A DNA stretch of 64,000 nucleotides from an uncultured Pseudomonadales bacterium (GTDB lineage Bacteria > Patescibacteriota > Microgenomatia > UBA1400 > Chazhemtobacteraceae): contig CAZUBK010000005.1 in assembly GCA_964618725.1 (NCBI GenBank), forward strand, positions 11,569-75,568. The letters are read 5' to 3'. Shown here piece after piece: positions 1 through 10,566 of the stretch (the stretch's first letter is position 1; each line of letters opens with the position of its first letter). Both the position numbers and the translations under genes were made by a program. The notes below the pieces were generated by a model. The model was given only the letters and a program-made list of their open reading frames with translations, made no database searches and was not told the origin of the DNA.

Positions 1-1
1 A

Positions 2-151
2 GTTACCTCAACCGGCAAGATTCTTCGCCGAACTCCAGAGATGCGCCATCTTCGTCGCAACAAAACCAAAAAGCAAATTCGCCGCTACCGTCATTATGTC
101 CAAGTCCCTAAGGCTCTGGCTAAAAAAATTAGACGAATGCTCGGTATCTAA
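2..151 (+). CDS. rpmI: 50S ribosomal protein L35, 3' part (5' end outside window)
   Basis: In-frame translation gives a basic K/R-rich tail (...RRNKTKKQIRRYRHYV...KKIRRMLGI) that ends at TAA 149-151. It lies directly upstream of rplT, the usual infC-rpmI-rplT order. Confidence 0.55.
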   Translation, partial: VTSTGKILRRTPEMRHLRRNKTKKQIRRYRHYVQVPKALAKKIRRMLGI

Positions 152-174
152 AAATCAATCATTAAATTCTCAAC

Positions 175-528
175 ATGCCACGAATAAAAACCGGACCAAC
201 CAGAAGAGCTAAGCACAAGAAGATCCTAACTGCCACCAAAGGCTATCGAATGACCAAAAGCCGTCTGATTAAAGTAGCCAAGGAAGCCGTACTCCATGCT
301 GGAGAATACGCTTTTTCCGGACGAAAGAAAAGAAAACAGGACTTCCGCAAACTCTGGATCATCAGAATCAACGCCGCCCTTAATAGCATTGAAGGTGCTC
401 CTAAGTATTCTCGATTTATCAAAGCCCTCTCGGACAAAAAAATTCTTCTCGACCGTAAGGTTCTCGCCCACTTCGCCGCCAAACAACCCTCTATTTTTCA
501 CAGTATCGTGAAGCAAGTAGATAAATAA
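175..528 (+). CDS. rplT: 50S ribosomal protein L20
   Basis: The 117-aa ORF starts MPRIKTGPTRRAKHKKILTATKGY, the typical bL20 N-terminus, and has conserved bL20 length. Confidence 0.9.
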   Translation: MPRIKTGPTRRAKHKKILTATKGYRMTKSRLIKVAKEAVLHAGEYAFSGRKKRKQDFRKLWIIRINAALNSIEGAPKYSRFIKALSDKKILLDRKVLAHFAAKQPSIFHSIVKQVDK

Positions 529-554
529 TCTATTCTCTGCTAAATTTAACCGAT

Positions 555-1040
555 ATGCCTCTCTTAAAGCACGAAATCAATTCACTGACTGAATTCCTCA
601 TCTCCAATCGACTAGCTACTATTGCCACTATTTCCCCCAACAATAAACCTCAGACCGCCCTCGTCTACTATATTTTTGACCAACCCAGTCGTAATATTTA
701 TATCCTCACCTACCAAAATAGTCGTAAATTAAAAAACCTAAGCATGAATTCAAGTATCGCCTTCCAAATTAGCCAAGAAGTCGAACCTAAAATCGTCCAA
801 ATTGACGGCGAGGCCACAGTTGTCAACGATCTTGCCCTCCAAACAGATATCATCAGTCGTCTTCCTCAAGTAGCAAACGCCAACCCAGCCTCAACTACCC
901 AACCTCCTCTTTTTTTTCTTTCCCATAAAAGCAATGTCGTCACCGTTAAGATAACCATTAACAGTTTCAAATATTCCGACTTTTCGCTTAACAAACCTTC
1001 AATTGTCACCGGAACTGGAAAAGACCTGAAAGGCAATTAA
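555..1040 (+). CDS. PNPOx-like FMN-binding split-barrel family protein (general stress protein 26-like)
   Basis: The 161-aa ORF carries a pattern (LTEFLISNRLATIATIS...NIYILTYQNSRKLKNL..SSIAF) that resembles the pyridoxamine 5'-phosphate oxidase-like fold. Confidence 0.4.
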   Translation: MPLLKHEINSLTEFLISNRLATIATISPNNKPQTALVYYIFDQPSRNIYILTYQNSRKLKNLSMNSSIAFQISQEVEPKIVQIDGEATVVNDLALQTDIISRLPQVANANPASTTQPPLFFLSHKSNVVTVKITINSFKYSDFSLNKPSIVTGTGKDLKGN

Positions 1041-1051
1041 TTATAACTACA

Positions 1052-2059
1052 ATGGAACTCCAGGAACTAGTTACTCAACTAAAACAGGAAGTTACTAAAA
1101 CACCTAGTAGGCAACAATTAGATCAGCTTCAAATAAAGTATCTTGGCCGTCAAGGTCTCCTCAACCAAATAATCAAAGCACTAAGTAAAGATGGGCTGAA
1201 AACTCAGGGTCACTTGATCAAGTTAACTAAGGAATCTCTCCAGAACCTACTCAACCAACGTCTAACTCAAATTAATCTTAATCTAAGTTCTCAAGCTGCC
1301 GACGTCACTATTCCAGGTATTCTTCCTCCAATTGGCCATCTTCATTTGATTACAAAAGCTATTGAAGAAATTAGCGAGATCTTTTTGTCATTGGGTTTTG
1401 TCAGACGCCGCTATCCCGAAATTGAAACCGACTGGTACTATGCGCAAGGCTTAAACATCCCCAAAGATCACCCTGCCCGTGATGATCAAGAAACTTTCTA
1501 TATCAATGACTCAGTAGTCCTAACAGCCCACACTAGTAACGGTCAACTTCGAGAGATGGAGCTAATGAAACATCCTCCCATCAAAATGATCAATATCGGC
1601 AAGACCTACCGTCGCCAAGCCAGCAACACTCACTCACCTATGTTTCATCAGTTTGAGGGATTACTGATCGACAAGGACATTAACATCACCCATCTTATTG
1701 CCATTAGTAATCACTTCGTTAAGAATTACTTCGGATCAGATCGCGAGATCCGCCTCCGCCCTCATCATTTCCAATTTACCGAACCTTCTTTTGAAGTCGA
1801 CATTAACTGTCATTTGTGTAAGGGTAGGGGAGAGATCGAGGGAGAAAAGTGCAGGGTTTGCAAATCCGGCTGGCTTGAACTCGGGGGAGCCGGTATGGTT
1901 CATCCAACTGTACTTAAAAACGGCAGTCTCGATCCAAACAAATATTCTGGTTGTGCCTTCGGTTGGGGAGTCGAACGCGTCATCATGATGAAACATTCCA
2001 TCACTGACAATCTTCGTGATCTTTACTCTGTCGATTTACGCTTCTTAAACCAATCATAG
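1052..2059 (+). CDS. pheS: phenylalanyl-tRNA synthetase alpha subunit
   Basis: The 335-aa ORF has class II core motifs (FQFTEPSFEVD, GWGVERVIMM) and a zinc-knuckle CHLCKG...CRVCK. It is followed by pheT. Confidence 0.9.
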   Translation: MELQELVTQLKQEVTKTPSRQQLDQLQIKYLGRQGLLNQIIKALSKDGLKTQGHLIKLTKESLQNLLNQRLTQINLNLSSQAADVTIPGILPPIGHLHLITKAIEEISEIFLSLGFVRRRYPEIETDWYYAQGLNIPKDHPARDDQETFYINDSVVLTAHTSNGQLREMELMKHPPIKMINIGKTYRRQASNTHSPMFHQFEGLLIDKDINITHLIAISNHFVKNYFGSDREIRLRPHHFQFTEPSFEVDINCHLCKGRGEIEGEKCRVCKSGWLELGGAGMVHPTVLKNGSLDPNKYSGCAFGWGVERVIMMKHSITDNLRDLYSVDLRFLNQS

Positions 2060-2072
2060 ATCTCGCACTAAA

Positions 2073-4058
2073 ATGGATATCAAACTTACCCACACTCTTC
2101 TTTCTGACTATCTTAAAACCTCCGCCACACCTCAAGAGATAGCTGACTCATTGTCACTTTGTGGTCCTACTGTCGATCGCCTACACAAAATCGAATCCGA
2201 AACCATCTACGATATCGAAATCATTACCAACCGAATCGATTCCGCCAGTGCTTTCGGTGTCGCCCGTGAAGCAGCCGCCATCCTCCCCCAATTCGACCAT
2301 CAAACCAAACTGATAAACAATCCACAGCAACTTTCATTAAATGATCTGGGTGACTTACCTGATAACCCGCCTGTTACAGTCCAGATTCTTGACCAAAGTC
2401 TCATACCTCGTTTTACCGCCATCGCTCTGGAAATCGAGATCAAACCCTCTCCAACCCGCACTAAGAAACTTCTCGAACACGTGAACCAACGTCCCCTCAA
2501 CAATATCATCGACGTTACCAATGAATTGACGCTTCGTTTCGGCCAACCCACACACGTCTTTGACCTAGACAAAATCAAGGGAAATCTTATGAAACTGCGC
2601 CAAAGCAAGAAGGGTGAGACGATTACTACTCTGGATGGTAAAATCCACACTCTCAAAGGCGGTGACATTATCATTGAAGACGGCAGCGGTAACCTCATCG
2701 ACCTGTGTGGTATCATGGGTGGGATTTTGAGTGCAGTCGATCAATCAACCAAACGGATCCTTTTCTTTGTTCAAAACTATGATGGAAAAAGAATTCGTAG
2801 AACCTCGCTCTACACCCAACAAAGGACCCTTGCCGCCCAAATCTTTGAGAAATCTCCCGATCCAGAAATGGTTCTCCCCACCTTACTTGCCGGAGTCAAT
2901 CTCTTCCGACAACATGCTAATGCCAAAATTATCAGCAACCTCATTGACATTTACCCTAACCCTCCTAAAACAAAAATCCTTAAGTTAAATATTCACTGGC
3001 TAACTAAGTTTATCGGCATCGATATCCCCTCCAAACAAGTAGAACAGATCCTGTCCACACTCGGCTTTGAAACCAAAATTATAGATAAAACTGCCACAGT
3101 CACTGTTCCAACTTGGCGTCTTCATGATATCTCAATCAAAGAAGATCTGGCCGAAGAAATCGCCCGCGTGATCGGCTACTTCCGCCTTCCCTCGGTTCTC
3201 CCCCCCACCACACTGCCTCAAACTCAAACAGATCCGCTCCTTAAGTATGAGTTGGTGGCAAGAAAGTATCTTTCTCATTTGGGCTTTACTGAAATATATA
3301 ACTATGCCTTAACCGGAAAACAACTTTTCGAGAAAACAAATCTCTCCGTTCCAAACATAAAAGTCAACAATCCTCTGTCGAGAGATTTTGAATACATGCG
3401 TACTTCACTTCTTCCTAGTCTTCTTTTTGATCTTGAGCAAAATACGGGAAAAGCTGAACCACCCTTTCGTCTATTCGAACTGAGTAATATCTATCTTCCT
3501 CAAAACGACAGTCTCCTCCCTCAAGAGATATCTACCTTGGCTCTAGTCACACAAGGTCTCGATTTTTTAACCACCAAAGGATATATTGAGGCCCTCTTCA
3601 GCTCACTTCATCTGCCCGTCGACTTTAGCCCGCTTAAACGCGATATTCCTCCTTTTATAGCTCCGCAATCAGCTGAAATAACTATCGCAAATCAAGTGGT
3701 AGGCCATATTGGACCAGTGATGCCTAAAGTGGCTGACCAATTTCAACTTAATTCCTGTATTATCGCCGAGCTTAATTTTCAAAGCCTCTCTTCGTTAATC
3801 GATCCAATTCTCCATTTCAAAGCAATATCGGCATATCCTTCCATCCTGGCCGATCTCACCCTTAAATCAATCAAACCTGTAGGTCTTCTTCTCAAACAGC
3901 TACAATTTTCCCACCCACAGCTTACTGCAGTGACCTATCTTGACTCCTATCAAAACAAACATACCTTCAGACTAGAATTCACTAGTTTCACTGACAACCT
4001 CACCAAAGACTTTGTCGAAGTGGCCAAAGACCAAATAGTCGAGAATCTTAAATTGTAA
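2073..4058 (+). CDS. pheT: phenylalanyl-tRNA synthetase beta subunit (short form)
   Basis: The 661-aa ORF sits immediately downstream of pheS and has B3/4-like and B5-like segments. It is shorter than the roughly 800-aa classical PheT. Confidence 0.8.
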   Translation: MDIKLTHTLLSDYLKTSATPQEIADSLSLCGPTVDRLHKIESETIYDIEIITNRIDSASAFGVAREAAAILPQFDHQTKLINNPQQLSLNDLGDLPDNPPVTVQILDQSLIPRFTAIALEIEIKPSPTRTKKLLEHVNQRPLNNIIDVTNELTLRFGQPTHVFDLDKIKGNLMKLRQSKKGETITTLDGKIHTLKGGDIIIEDGSGNLIDLCGIMGGILSAVDQSTKRILFFVQNYDGKRIRRTSLYTQQRTLAAQIFEKSPDPEMVLPTLLAGVNLFRQHANAKIISNLIDIYPNPPKTKILKLNIHWLTKFIGIDIPSKQVEQILSTLGFETKIIDKTATVTVPTWRLHDISIKEDLAEEIARVIGYFRLPSVLPPTTLPQTQTDPLLKYELVARKYLSHLGFTEIYNYALTGKQLFEKTNLSVPNIKVNNPLSRDFEYMRTSLLPSLLFDLEQNTGKAEPPFRLFELSNIYLPQNDSLLPQEISTLALVTQGLDFLTTKGYIEALFSSLHLPVDFSPLKRDIPPFIAPQSAEITIANQVVGHIGPVMPKVADQFQLNSCIIAELNFQSLSSLIDPILHFKAISAYPSILADLTLKSIKPVGLLLKQLQFSHPQLTAVTYLDSYQNKHTFRLEFTSFTDNLTKDFVEVAKDQIVENLKL

Positions 4059-4061
4059 ATT

Positions 4062-6644
4062 TCAAGGAATCAAAGTAGGATTAGGCGTTGGAGTTGGAGT
4101 TGACACCACTGCTTCCTGATTAACACCAAAAGTGACAGTCGCTTCATTCTCAATCCCCGCTGAGTTTCTTGCCTTCACCTTTAATTCATAAACTCCATTT
4201 TCAAGAACAAAAGATCTCTCATAAGGCGGCGTGTCAAAGCGATGCTCTCTACTCCCATTCAGATATACGTCTACCCACTCAATTTTCTCGTTTGAGGCAA
4301 CTGACACTTTGATTTTAACTTCATTACCTTCGATCCTACTGCTACTAGTCGGTTCTTCTATTTTAATTCCAATGCTCTTGGTATCACCGCAATACTCCAT
4401 TGGTGGATGAAATTTGTCATCAGTCTGCTCCGACAACCATCGATCTATTGTTTTTTGCCACAAGTTATCCGCTGTCAATGGATCTTCCTCTCTCACATAG
4501 ATGTATTCGGCTCTATCAAAATTGTTTTCCGCAATCTGGACCTTATTTGCCAACTTAGTCGGATCTCCAGGACAAACCTCTATTTTGCGATGAATTGGAT
4601 CATCAGCCGTCGGCAACGTCCCTTTTACCACCCATTCCTTATAACTTGGAAAATCATCATGAGCCTGGTACCCCGAAACCAGATCCAAATCTACCTGTTC
4701 AACTCCACCAGGTTGCTCAAACTCCTGATCTCCAAAAGCCGTTATCACTTCAAGAATCTGACGTCGCCAGATAGGGGAAGCCCCCGACACTCCTGAAGCC
4801 ACCTGTTTCATCTGACTATTATCATTGTTTCCCACCCAGACCCCTACCACCATTTTTCTCGTCCAACCCACAGCCCAATTATCTCGTCTATCATTTGTCG
4901 TTCCCGTCTTCACCGCTACGTTACGCCCCGATAGATTAAGTAAACTATTTGGCCCGAATGTCAAAAGCCTCGCCTTATTGTCTGACAAAATCGAATTAAT
5001 CAAGAACGCCGATTGTTCACTCAAGATTCTCTTTTTACCCGATTGCTTATGTTCAAAAAGAGTCTTCCCGTTTTTATCCTCAACCCGCAAGATACTTACC
5101 GGTTCTACTTTAAACCCCGAATTTGCAAAACTCGCATAAGCCGACGTCATATCCAAAAGTCTCACCTCACCCCCTCCCAGAGTTAGCGACAAACCAATGC
5201 GTCTTAAGTTTTCGTTTGTCGGCTCTAGAGTGGTTAAACCCATCTCGTATGCCATCTTCAAAGTATCCCTGACCCCAACTAATGCCAGCAATTTTACCGC
5301 CGGAATGTTGAGTGAGCTACCCAAAGCTTCTCTTAAGTGTACCAATCCATGTTCTTTACCGTCATAGTTCTCTGGCACATAAAACGGCTTCTCTGGATCC
5401 CCAGTAGGAAACTCTGTTACCACATCGGCTATCACTCGTCCCGGCCACATACCCTTCTCAAATGCCGTCACATATGTTACCGGTTTTATTGACGACCCAG
5501 GTTGTCTGGAACTCAAAGCTACATTGACTTGACCATCTCCTTCTTTATCAAAAAAGTCTTTTGATCCAACCATACTCAAAATCTCTCCCGTTTCGACATC
5601 AATTATCACACTCGACCCATTTGTAATATGATGACTCTCAACCACTTTTTCTATTTCCTCAGCCACAATCTGTTGAGCTTTGTCTTGTAACTCCCAATCA
5701 ATAGAGGTTGTCACTTTAAGGCCCCCTCCTGCCACCAACTCCTCCCCATACATCTCGTTCAGCTTATCTCGCACATACATTACAAAATGAGGCGCTTTAA
5801 TCGTTGACCCAGCAGGTCTAAAGCTTGCTCCTGCCAATTCAGACAATACTTGTTTTTCCTGCACCGGAGTAATATATCCATCTTCCCGCATCCTCCTTGC
5901 CACATCTGTCGCTCTATTAACATAGGCCAACGGATCCTTGCCATACGGGCTATATCTACTTGGAGCTTGAGGCATACCGGCTAGAATGATTGACTCCGTT
6001 AAATTCAGTTCCTCTGGTTTCTTACTAAAGTATTGCTCGGCTGCCGAAGCAATTCCCCAGGCGGTACCACCATATGGCGCTTCATTCAAATACATTTGTA
6101 GGATCTCATCCTTGGTAAACTTTCTCTCAATCTGAACCGCCAGAACTAGTTCTTTTACCTTTCTCGAAAGACGTCTCTCGCTCGTCAACAAGACATTTTT
6201 CACCAGCTGCTGAGTTAAAGTTGACCCTCCAATTATTCTTTGCCTAAACACAACATTCTTCAATATCCTAAGAAAGGCTAATGGATCAAAACCTTGGTGT
6301 TTGTAGAAATCCTTATCCTCAATCGAAATAGTCGCTTGCTTAAGTGGAGCCGGAATCTGATCTAGTGGAGTAAATGTCCGATTCTCATCCTCATAGACAT
6401 CGAAAAGCACTGTCTCTCCAGTCCGATCAAGAATCTGAGTCGAAAATCCCTCCTTTCGTTGAATCGAATTAGGATCAGGCAAATCCCTGGAATACCAAAC
6501 GAAGGCAACTGTGGACAGAACGGTTCCCCCAAGCAATCCGAAAAAAACCAATTTCGCCAAGCTTGCCATGCTCAATCTTCCAAACACTCCCATTATTCCT
6601 GATCCTCTCCTTCTCTGCCGACCCAAACGTCCAAAACGACTCAT
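4062..6644 (-). CDS. class A penicillin-binding protein (transglycosylase/transpeptidase, PBP1A-like) with C-terminal extension
   Basis: The 860-aa ORF has an N-terminal TM anchor, GT51 motifs (QILDRTGE..., TLTQQLVKN), a transpeptidase S-x-x-K region and a beta-rich C-terminal tail. Confidence 0.8.
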   Translation of the reverse strand: MSRFGRLGRQRRRGSGIMGVFGRLSMASLAKLVFFGLLGGTVLSTVAFVWYSRDLPDPNSIQRKEGFSTQILDRTGETVLFDVYEDENRTFTPLDQIPAPLKQATISIEDKDFYKHQGFDPLAFLRILKNVVFRQRIIGGSTLTQQLVKNVLLTSERRLSRKVKELVLAVQIERKFTKDEILQMYLNEAPYGGTAWGIASAAEQYFSKKPEELNLTESIILAGMPQAPSRYSPYGKDPLAYVNRATDVARRMREDGYITPVQEKQVLSELAGASFRPAGSTIKAPHFVMYVRDKLNEMYGEELVAGGGLKVTTSIDWELQDKAQQIVAEEIEKVVESHHITNGSSVIIDVETGEILSMVGSKDFFDKEGDGQVNVALSSRQPGSSIKPVTYVTAFEKGMWPGRVIADVVTEFPTGDPEKPFYVPENYDGKEHGLVHLREALGSSLNIPAVKLLALVGVRDTLKMAYEMGLTTLEPTNENLRRIGLSLTLGGGEVRLLDMTSAYASFANSGFKVEPVSILRVEDKNGKTLFEHKQSGKKRILSEQSAFLINSILSDNKARLLTFGPNSLLNLSGRNVAVKTGTTNDRRDNWAVGWTRKMVVGVWVGNNDNSQMKQVASGVSGASPIWRRQILEVITAFGDQEFEQPGGVEQVDLDLVSGYQAHDDFPSYKEWVVKGTLPTADDPIHRKIEVCPGDPTKLANKVQIAENNFDRAEYIYVREEDPLTADNLWQKTIDRWLSEQTDDKFHPPMEYCGDTKSIGIKIEEPTSSSRIEGNEVKIKVSVASNEKIEWVDVYLNGSREHRFDTPPYERSFVLENGVYELKVKARNSAGIENEATVTFGVNQEAVVSTPTPTPNPTLIP

Positions 6645-6691
6645 TACTTCATTCTACCACCTCATTCCCACCAAAGTGGTACAATTTACCC

Positions 6692-7867
6692 ATGAATGAT
6701 CAATTAAGTGATCTCCTGACTCGTGGCGTTGCCAACATTATTCCTTCGGCAGAAGCCCTTAATACCCGTCTTCATTCCCTTCCTAAACTTAATGTCTACT
6801 TTGGTATTGATCCTACTTCCACCAATATTCATTTAGGTCATGCCTTTCCCTTAAGAAAACTTCAAACTCTTCTCGATCTGAACCACAATATTACCTTTCT
6901 CATCGGTGACTTCACCGCCCTAGTAGGGGATACTTCCGACAAAGAATCAGAAAGACCCATTCTAACCCCGCAAGAAATAGAGAGTAATTTTAAAACCTAC
7001 AAAACTCAAGCTGAGAAGTTCTTAGACTTTTCCAAAGTCAAAGTTGTTCACAACAGCGAATGGTTATCTGAACTTACTTTTAAAGAATTAATTCACTTAA
7101 CTCAGCAATTCTCCCTTAATGACTTTATCGGTCGCGAGCTCATTAAGAAACGTCTTGACACCGGCAAACATATCCGCCTCGACGAAACTCTATACCCTCT
7201 TATGCAAGGATACGATTCATATATTCTGGATGCAGATCTCCAACTCGGTGGCACTGATCAAACCTTCAACATGCAAGCCGGCCGAACTCTTCTTAAAAAT
7301 CTCAAACACAAAGAGTCCTTTATTATCGCCAACGAATTCTTAACCGGTATTGATGGAAGAAAAATGAGCAAATCCTGGGGAAATGCCATTTTGTTAACCG
7401 ATACTCCAGAGGATATCTATGGGAAAATAATGTCTATCAAAGATGAGCTCATCACCGAATACTTCACTCTCGCCACCAATATTTCTTTAACGGAAATTGA
7501 CCAAATCAAAAAGACTCTCAAAGAAGGCTATCTTAAACCATTAGAAGCTAAAAAGAGACTTGCCCTCCAAGTCACTCAAGAACTTCATAATGAGGTCCTC
7601 GCCAAACAGGCGGAGGACCACTTTGAAAGTCTTTACCAAAAAAACAAACCGGAGGAACTAAGTTGGAACGGACCACGAGTTCTCACTTCACTTGCTACCA
7701 CTAATATCCTCGCTCCAAGCTTAAGTAATTCAGAAGCTAAACGACTTATCACTCAAGGCTCCTTCAAGTTCAATGGAGAAAAGATCACCGACCCCACCAT
7801 GCTAATCTCACTCAAATCAGGAACAGTTCTCAGCCTGGGTAAACATATTTTGAAACAGATAAAGTAA
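6692..7867 (+). CDS. tyrS: tyrosyl-tRNA synthetase
   Basis: The protein has HIGH-like HLGH and a KMSKS motif (KMSKSWGNAI) plus a C-terminal S4-like domain. The start was moved to the internal Met (MNDQLSDLL) to avoid overlap with the convergent PBP gene. Confidence 0.88.
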   Translation: MNDQLSDLLTRGVANIIPSAEALNTRLHSLPKLNVYFGIDPTSTNIHLGHAFPLRKLQTLLDLNHNITFLIGDFTALVGDTSDKESERPILTPQEIESNFKTYKTQAEKFLDFSKVKVVHNSEWLSELTFKELIHLTQQFSLNDFIGRELIKKRLDTGKHIRLDETLYPLMQGYDSYILDADLQLGGTDQTFNMQAGRTLLKNLKHKESFIIANEFLTGIDGRKMSKSWGNAILLTDTPEDIYGKIMSIKDELITEYFTLATNISLTEIDQIKKTLKEGYLKPLEAKKRLALQVTQELHNEVLAKQAEDHFESLYQKNKPEELSWNGPRVLTSLATTNILAPSLSNSEAKRLITQGSFKFNGEKITDPTMLISLKSGTVLSLGKHILKQIK

Positions 7868-7973
7868 ATGTACCTCAGTAAAAGACAACGCCGCCTTTTC
7901 TCTGTTATCATCTTCATTTCTTCTCTCGCCCTCCTCATATCTTCCTTACTCCCCATGTTTCTCTCCTTGTAGA

Positions 7974-9989
7974 TTGATCTCCATGGAAATCAACAATCCC
8001 ATCACCTTTCTTCCCGGAGTAGGGGACTCTTTTGCCAAAAGGCTCGAGAAACTCAACATTCACACCATTCAGGATCTACTGAAACACTTTCCCACTCGCT
8101 ACGACGACCTGAGTAAAATCTCAACCATTAGCCAACTTGCCCCAGACCGAGTTGCCTGCATCAAGGCCAAAATAATCAATTTTCAAAACATAAAAACCAA
8201 ATCGTCCTTAACTCTTCAAAAGGCAACTCTAGAAGACGCAACAGGAGAAACCGTCGCCACTTGGTTCAACCAACCCTTTCTAAACTCCGTTATAAAGAGA
8301 GGGGATGAATTTTTTTTCGCCGGTAAAGTTACTCAATTTAGAAACCAGTTTGCCTTAACCAGTCCTGACTTTGAGCCTGTTAGAGAAGTTCCTCTCCATA
8401 CCGGTCGAATCATCCCTATCTACAACGAAACCAGAGGCATCAGCAGTAAATGGCTCCGAAACAAAATCTATTTCATTCTGAATTGTCTTAAAATAGAAGA
8501 TCCCATCTCCGACTCTCTTCTCCCCACTGACTTCTATTCTCAAAATCAAAGTCTCCAACAAATCCATTTCCCTGATACGCTAGCCCACCAACAACAAGCA
8601 GAGAAGCGCCTGGCCTTTAATGAGCTACTCGCCATCAACCTCAAGTCAGAGCTAACTAAAAAAAACTGGCAAAAAAGAATCGCCCTTCCAATAAAGATAG
8701 ATTCAGTGCTCCATAAACAATTTCTCAACTCACTTCCTTTTTTACTTACTCCTGACCAAAAAAAAACAATTAAACATATCTCTCTCGACATCCAAAAGAC
8801 CATCCCTATGAATCGACTCCTTCAAGGTGAGGTCGGCTCTGGTAAAACAGTTGTTGCCGCCGCCGCTGCCTTACATACACTCAAACACGGTCTTATGGTA
8901 GTCCTCATCGCCCCAACACAAGTCCTTGCCAACCAACATTTTGAAACTCTTACAACTTTCCTTAAGCCTTTTTGCATCTCTCCACTTCTGTTAACTGGTC
9001 AAACTAGTAAAAATACCTCTCTTGACACATCTCCTTTTATCATCGGTACCCATGCCATCCTCTATCGATCAAAATTAAACAAATATCCCAACCTAGGCCT
9101 CGTCATTATCGACGAACAACATCGTTTTGGTGTCCTAGAACGCTCCCATTTCCTCAATTCAGAGACTACTCCTCATATCTTAACCATGAGTGCCACTCCT
9201 ATTCCTCGAACAATTGCACTTTCCCAGTATGGACATTTAAAAATCAGTAATATCAAGACATTCCCCACCGGTCGGAAAAAAATCAAAACCTTTGTCGTCC
9301 CGGACCAAAAAAGACAAAAGGCTTACGAATGGATTCAAAACCAGATTAAGACCGGCCAACAAGCCTTCATCGTCTGTCCGTTTATTAAGATATCTCAACA
9401 CGAAACGCTCAAGGGCGTCAAAGCCGCCACCTCTGAATTCAAAAGACTCCAACTCATCTTTCCTAAGCTCAAACTCGCTCTCCTCCATGGCCGCCTCGAC
9501 GCCAAAAGCAAAGACCAAGTTCTCACTGATTTCAAAAACAAAAGGAGTGATATACTTGTCACCACTCCGGTCATCGAAGTCGGCATCGATATCAAAAACG
9601 CTACCATAATGGTCATCGAAGATGCATCTCGTTTTGGCCTGGCTCAGCTCCACCAACTAAGAGGACGTGTTGGTCGCGGAGAGAAACAATCATACTGTTT
9701 CCTTTTTAGCCAAGAGAGTGACTCTCTTCCTCGTCTCAAATTACTTGAAAAACACCACAACGGACTCAAGCTTTCTTTACTCGATCTCAAACTACGCGGA
9801 GCCGGACAACTTTTTGGTACATCCCAAAGCGGCCATCTCGATACTCAATTTGATTATTTTTGGGACAAAACTCTTTCTCAACTCAGCGTGCGCATATCCC
9901 ATAAAGTTACAAACGACAATCCTCTTCTGGCTAAAGAAATCCTAGAGCAACTAGATCCCCAACTTGCAAATTTAGACGGCTTGAACTAA
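7974..9989 (+). CDS. recG: ATP-dependent DNA helicase RecG
   Basis: The 671-aa ORF has a wedge domain followed by SF2 helicase motifs (GEVGSGKT, DEQHRFG, QLRGRVGRG). Confidence 0.88.
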   Translation: MISMEINNPITFLPGVGDSFAKRLEKLNIHTIQDLLKHFPTRYDDLSKISTISQLAPDRVACIKAKIINFQNIKTKSSLTLQKATLEDATGETVATWFNQPFLNSVIKRGDEFFFAGKVTQFRNQFALTSPDFEPVREVPLHTGRIIPIYNETRGISSKWLRNKIYFILNCLKIEDPISDSLLPTDFYSQNQSLQQIHFPDTLAHQQQAEKRLAFNELLAINLKSELTKKNWQKRIALPIKIDSVLHKQFLNSLPFLLTPDQKKTIKHISLDIQKTIPMNRLLQGEVGSGKTVVAAAAALHTLKHGLMVVLIAPTQVLANQHFETLTTFLKPFCISPLLLTGQTSKNTSLDTSPFIIGTHAILYRSKLNKYPNLGLVIIDEQHRFGVLERSHFLNSETTPHILTMSATPIPRTIALSQYGHLKISNIKTFPTGRKKIKTFVVPDQKRQKAYEWIQNQIKTGQQAFIVCPFIKISQHETLKGVKAATSEFKRLQLIFPKLKLALLHGRLDAKSKDQVLTDFKNKRSDILVTTPVIEVGIDIKNATIMVIEDASRFGLAQLHQLRGRVGRGEKQSYCFLFSQESDSLPRLKLLEKHHNGLKLSLLDLKLRGAGQLFGTSQSGHLDTQFDYFWDKTLSQLSVRISHKVTNDNPLLAKEILEQLDPQLANLDGLN

Positions 9990-10027
9990 AATAATCCTAA
10001 ATCTTTATTTTTTATCTATTTCTTTTC

Positions 10028-10177
10028 ATGGCACCACTACCTAAAAGAAGACACTCAACCAGAAGAGGAGGCAAACGTTGGGCAGCCAAAATTGAACAAT
10101 TCAAAAGAAGTATTCTCAATCTTGATCTGTTGAGCAACAAGAACAAACATCTTCGCTCAATTACTTCTAACAAGTAA
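10028..10177 (+). CDS. rpmF: small basic protein, probable ribosomal protein bL32
   Basis: A 49-codon ORF absent from the track (MAPLPKRRHSTRRGGKRW...NKHLRSITSNK). Its N-terminal PKRR.S.RR motif and the KHLR..IT motif near its C-terminus resemble bL32. No obvious RBS. Confidence 0.45.
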   Translation: MAPLPKRRHSTRRGGKRWAAKIEQFKRSILNLDLLSNKNKHLRSITSNK

Positions 10178-10189
10178 AACTTTACTCAC

Positions 10190-10564
10190 TTGAAGACCGC
10201 ACACGACCCCCGCCACATTCGACGCATTCTCGCCGTCAAAGCCCTTTTCGCTAAGTCCTTTGAACCAGATCAGGAAACCGAATCGCAACTGGCCGTTAAG
10301 ATCCACAATGATCTTGAGAAGATAGATCAGATTGTCTCACAATGTGCTCCAGAGTGGCCACTTTCTCAAATCAATCGTCTGGATCTTTGCGTCCTCCGTC
10401 TCGCTATTTACGAACTCCTTCACAAACAAAATACTCCACCCAAAGTTATCATCGACGAGGCTATCGAAATTGGAAAAAGATACGGCAGCGCCTCATCTGG
10501 TTCCTTTATCAATGGCGTTCTCGCCTCCGCCCTCAAGGCAACCAAACGTGAGGCCAATCTCTAA
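10190..10564 (+). CDS. nusB: transcription antitermination factor NusB
   Basis: The 124-aa ORF has a NusB-like helical pattern (RRILAVKALFA...DEAIEIGKRYGS...FINGVL). It has a TTG start and sits just upstream of rnc. Confidence 0.75.
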   Translation: MKTAHDPRHIRRILAVKALFAKSFEPDQETESQLAVKIHNDLEKIDQIVSQCAPEWPLSQINRLDLCVLRLAIYELLHKQNTPPKVIIDEAIEIGKRYGSASSGSFINGVLASALKATKREANL

Positions 10565-10566
10565 CT

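Noticed and set aside
226-528. Several antisense/alternate-frame ORFs inside rplT (226-516 -, 243-482 -, 296-511 +)
   Set aside because: They lie fully inside a confidently identified ribosomal protein gene and have no RBS or motif. They are typical shadow ORFs.
6563-6691. Track start of tyrS 43 codons upstream, overlapping the convergent PBP gene
   Set aside because: The conserved TyrRS N-terminus begins at the internal Met 6692. The upstream extension overlaps the PBP start region on the other strand.
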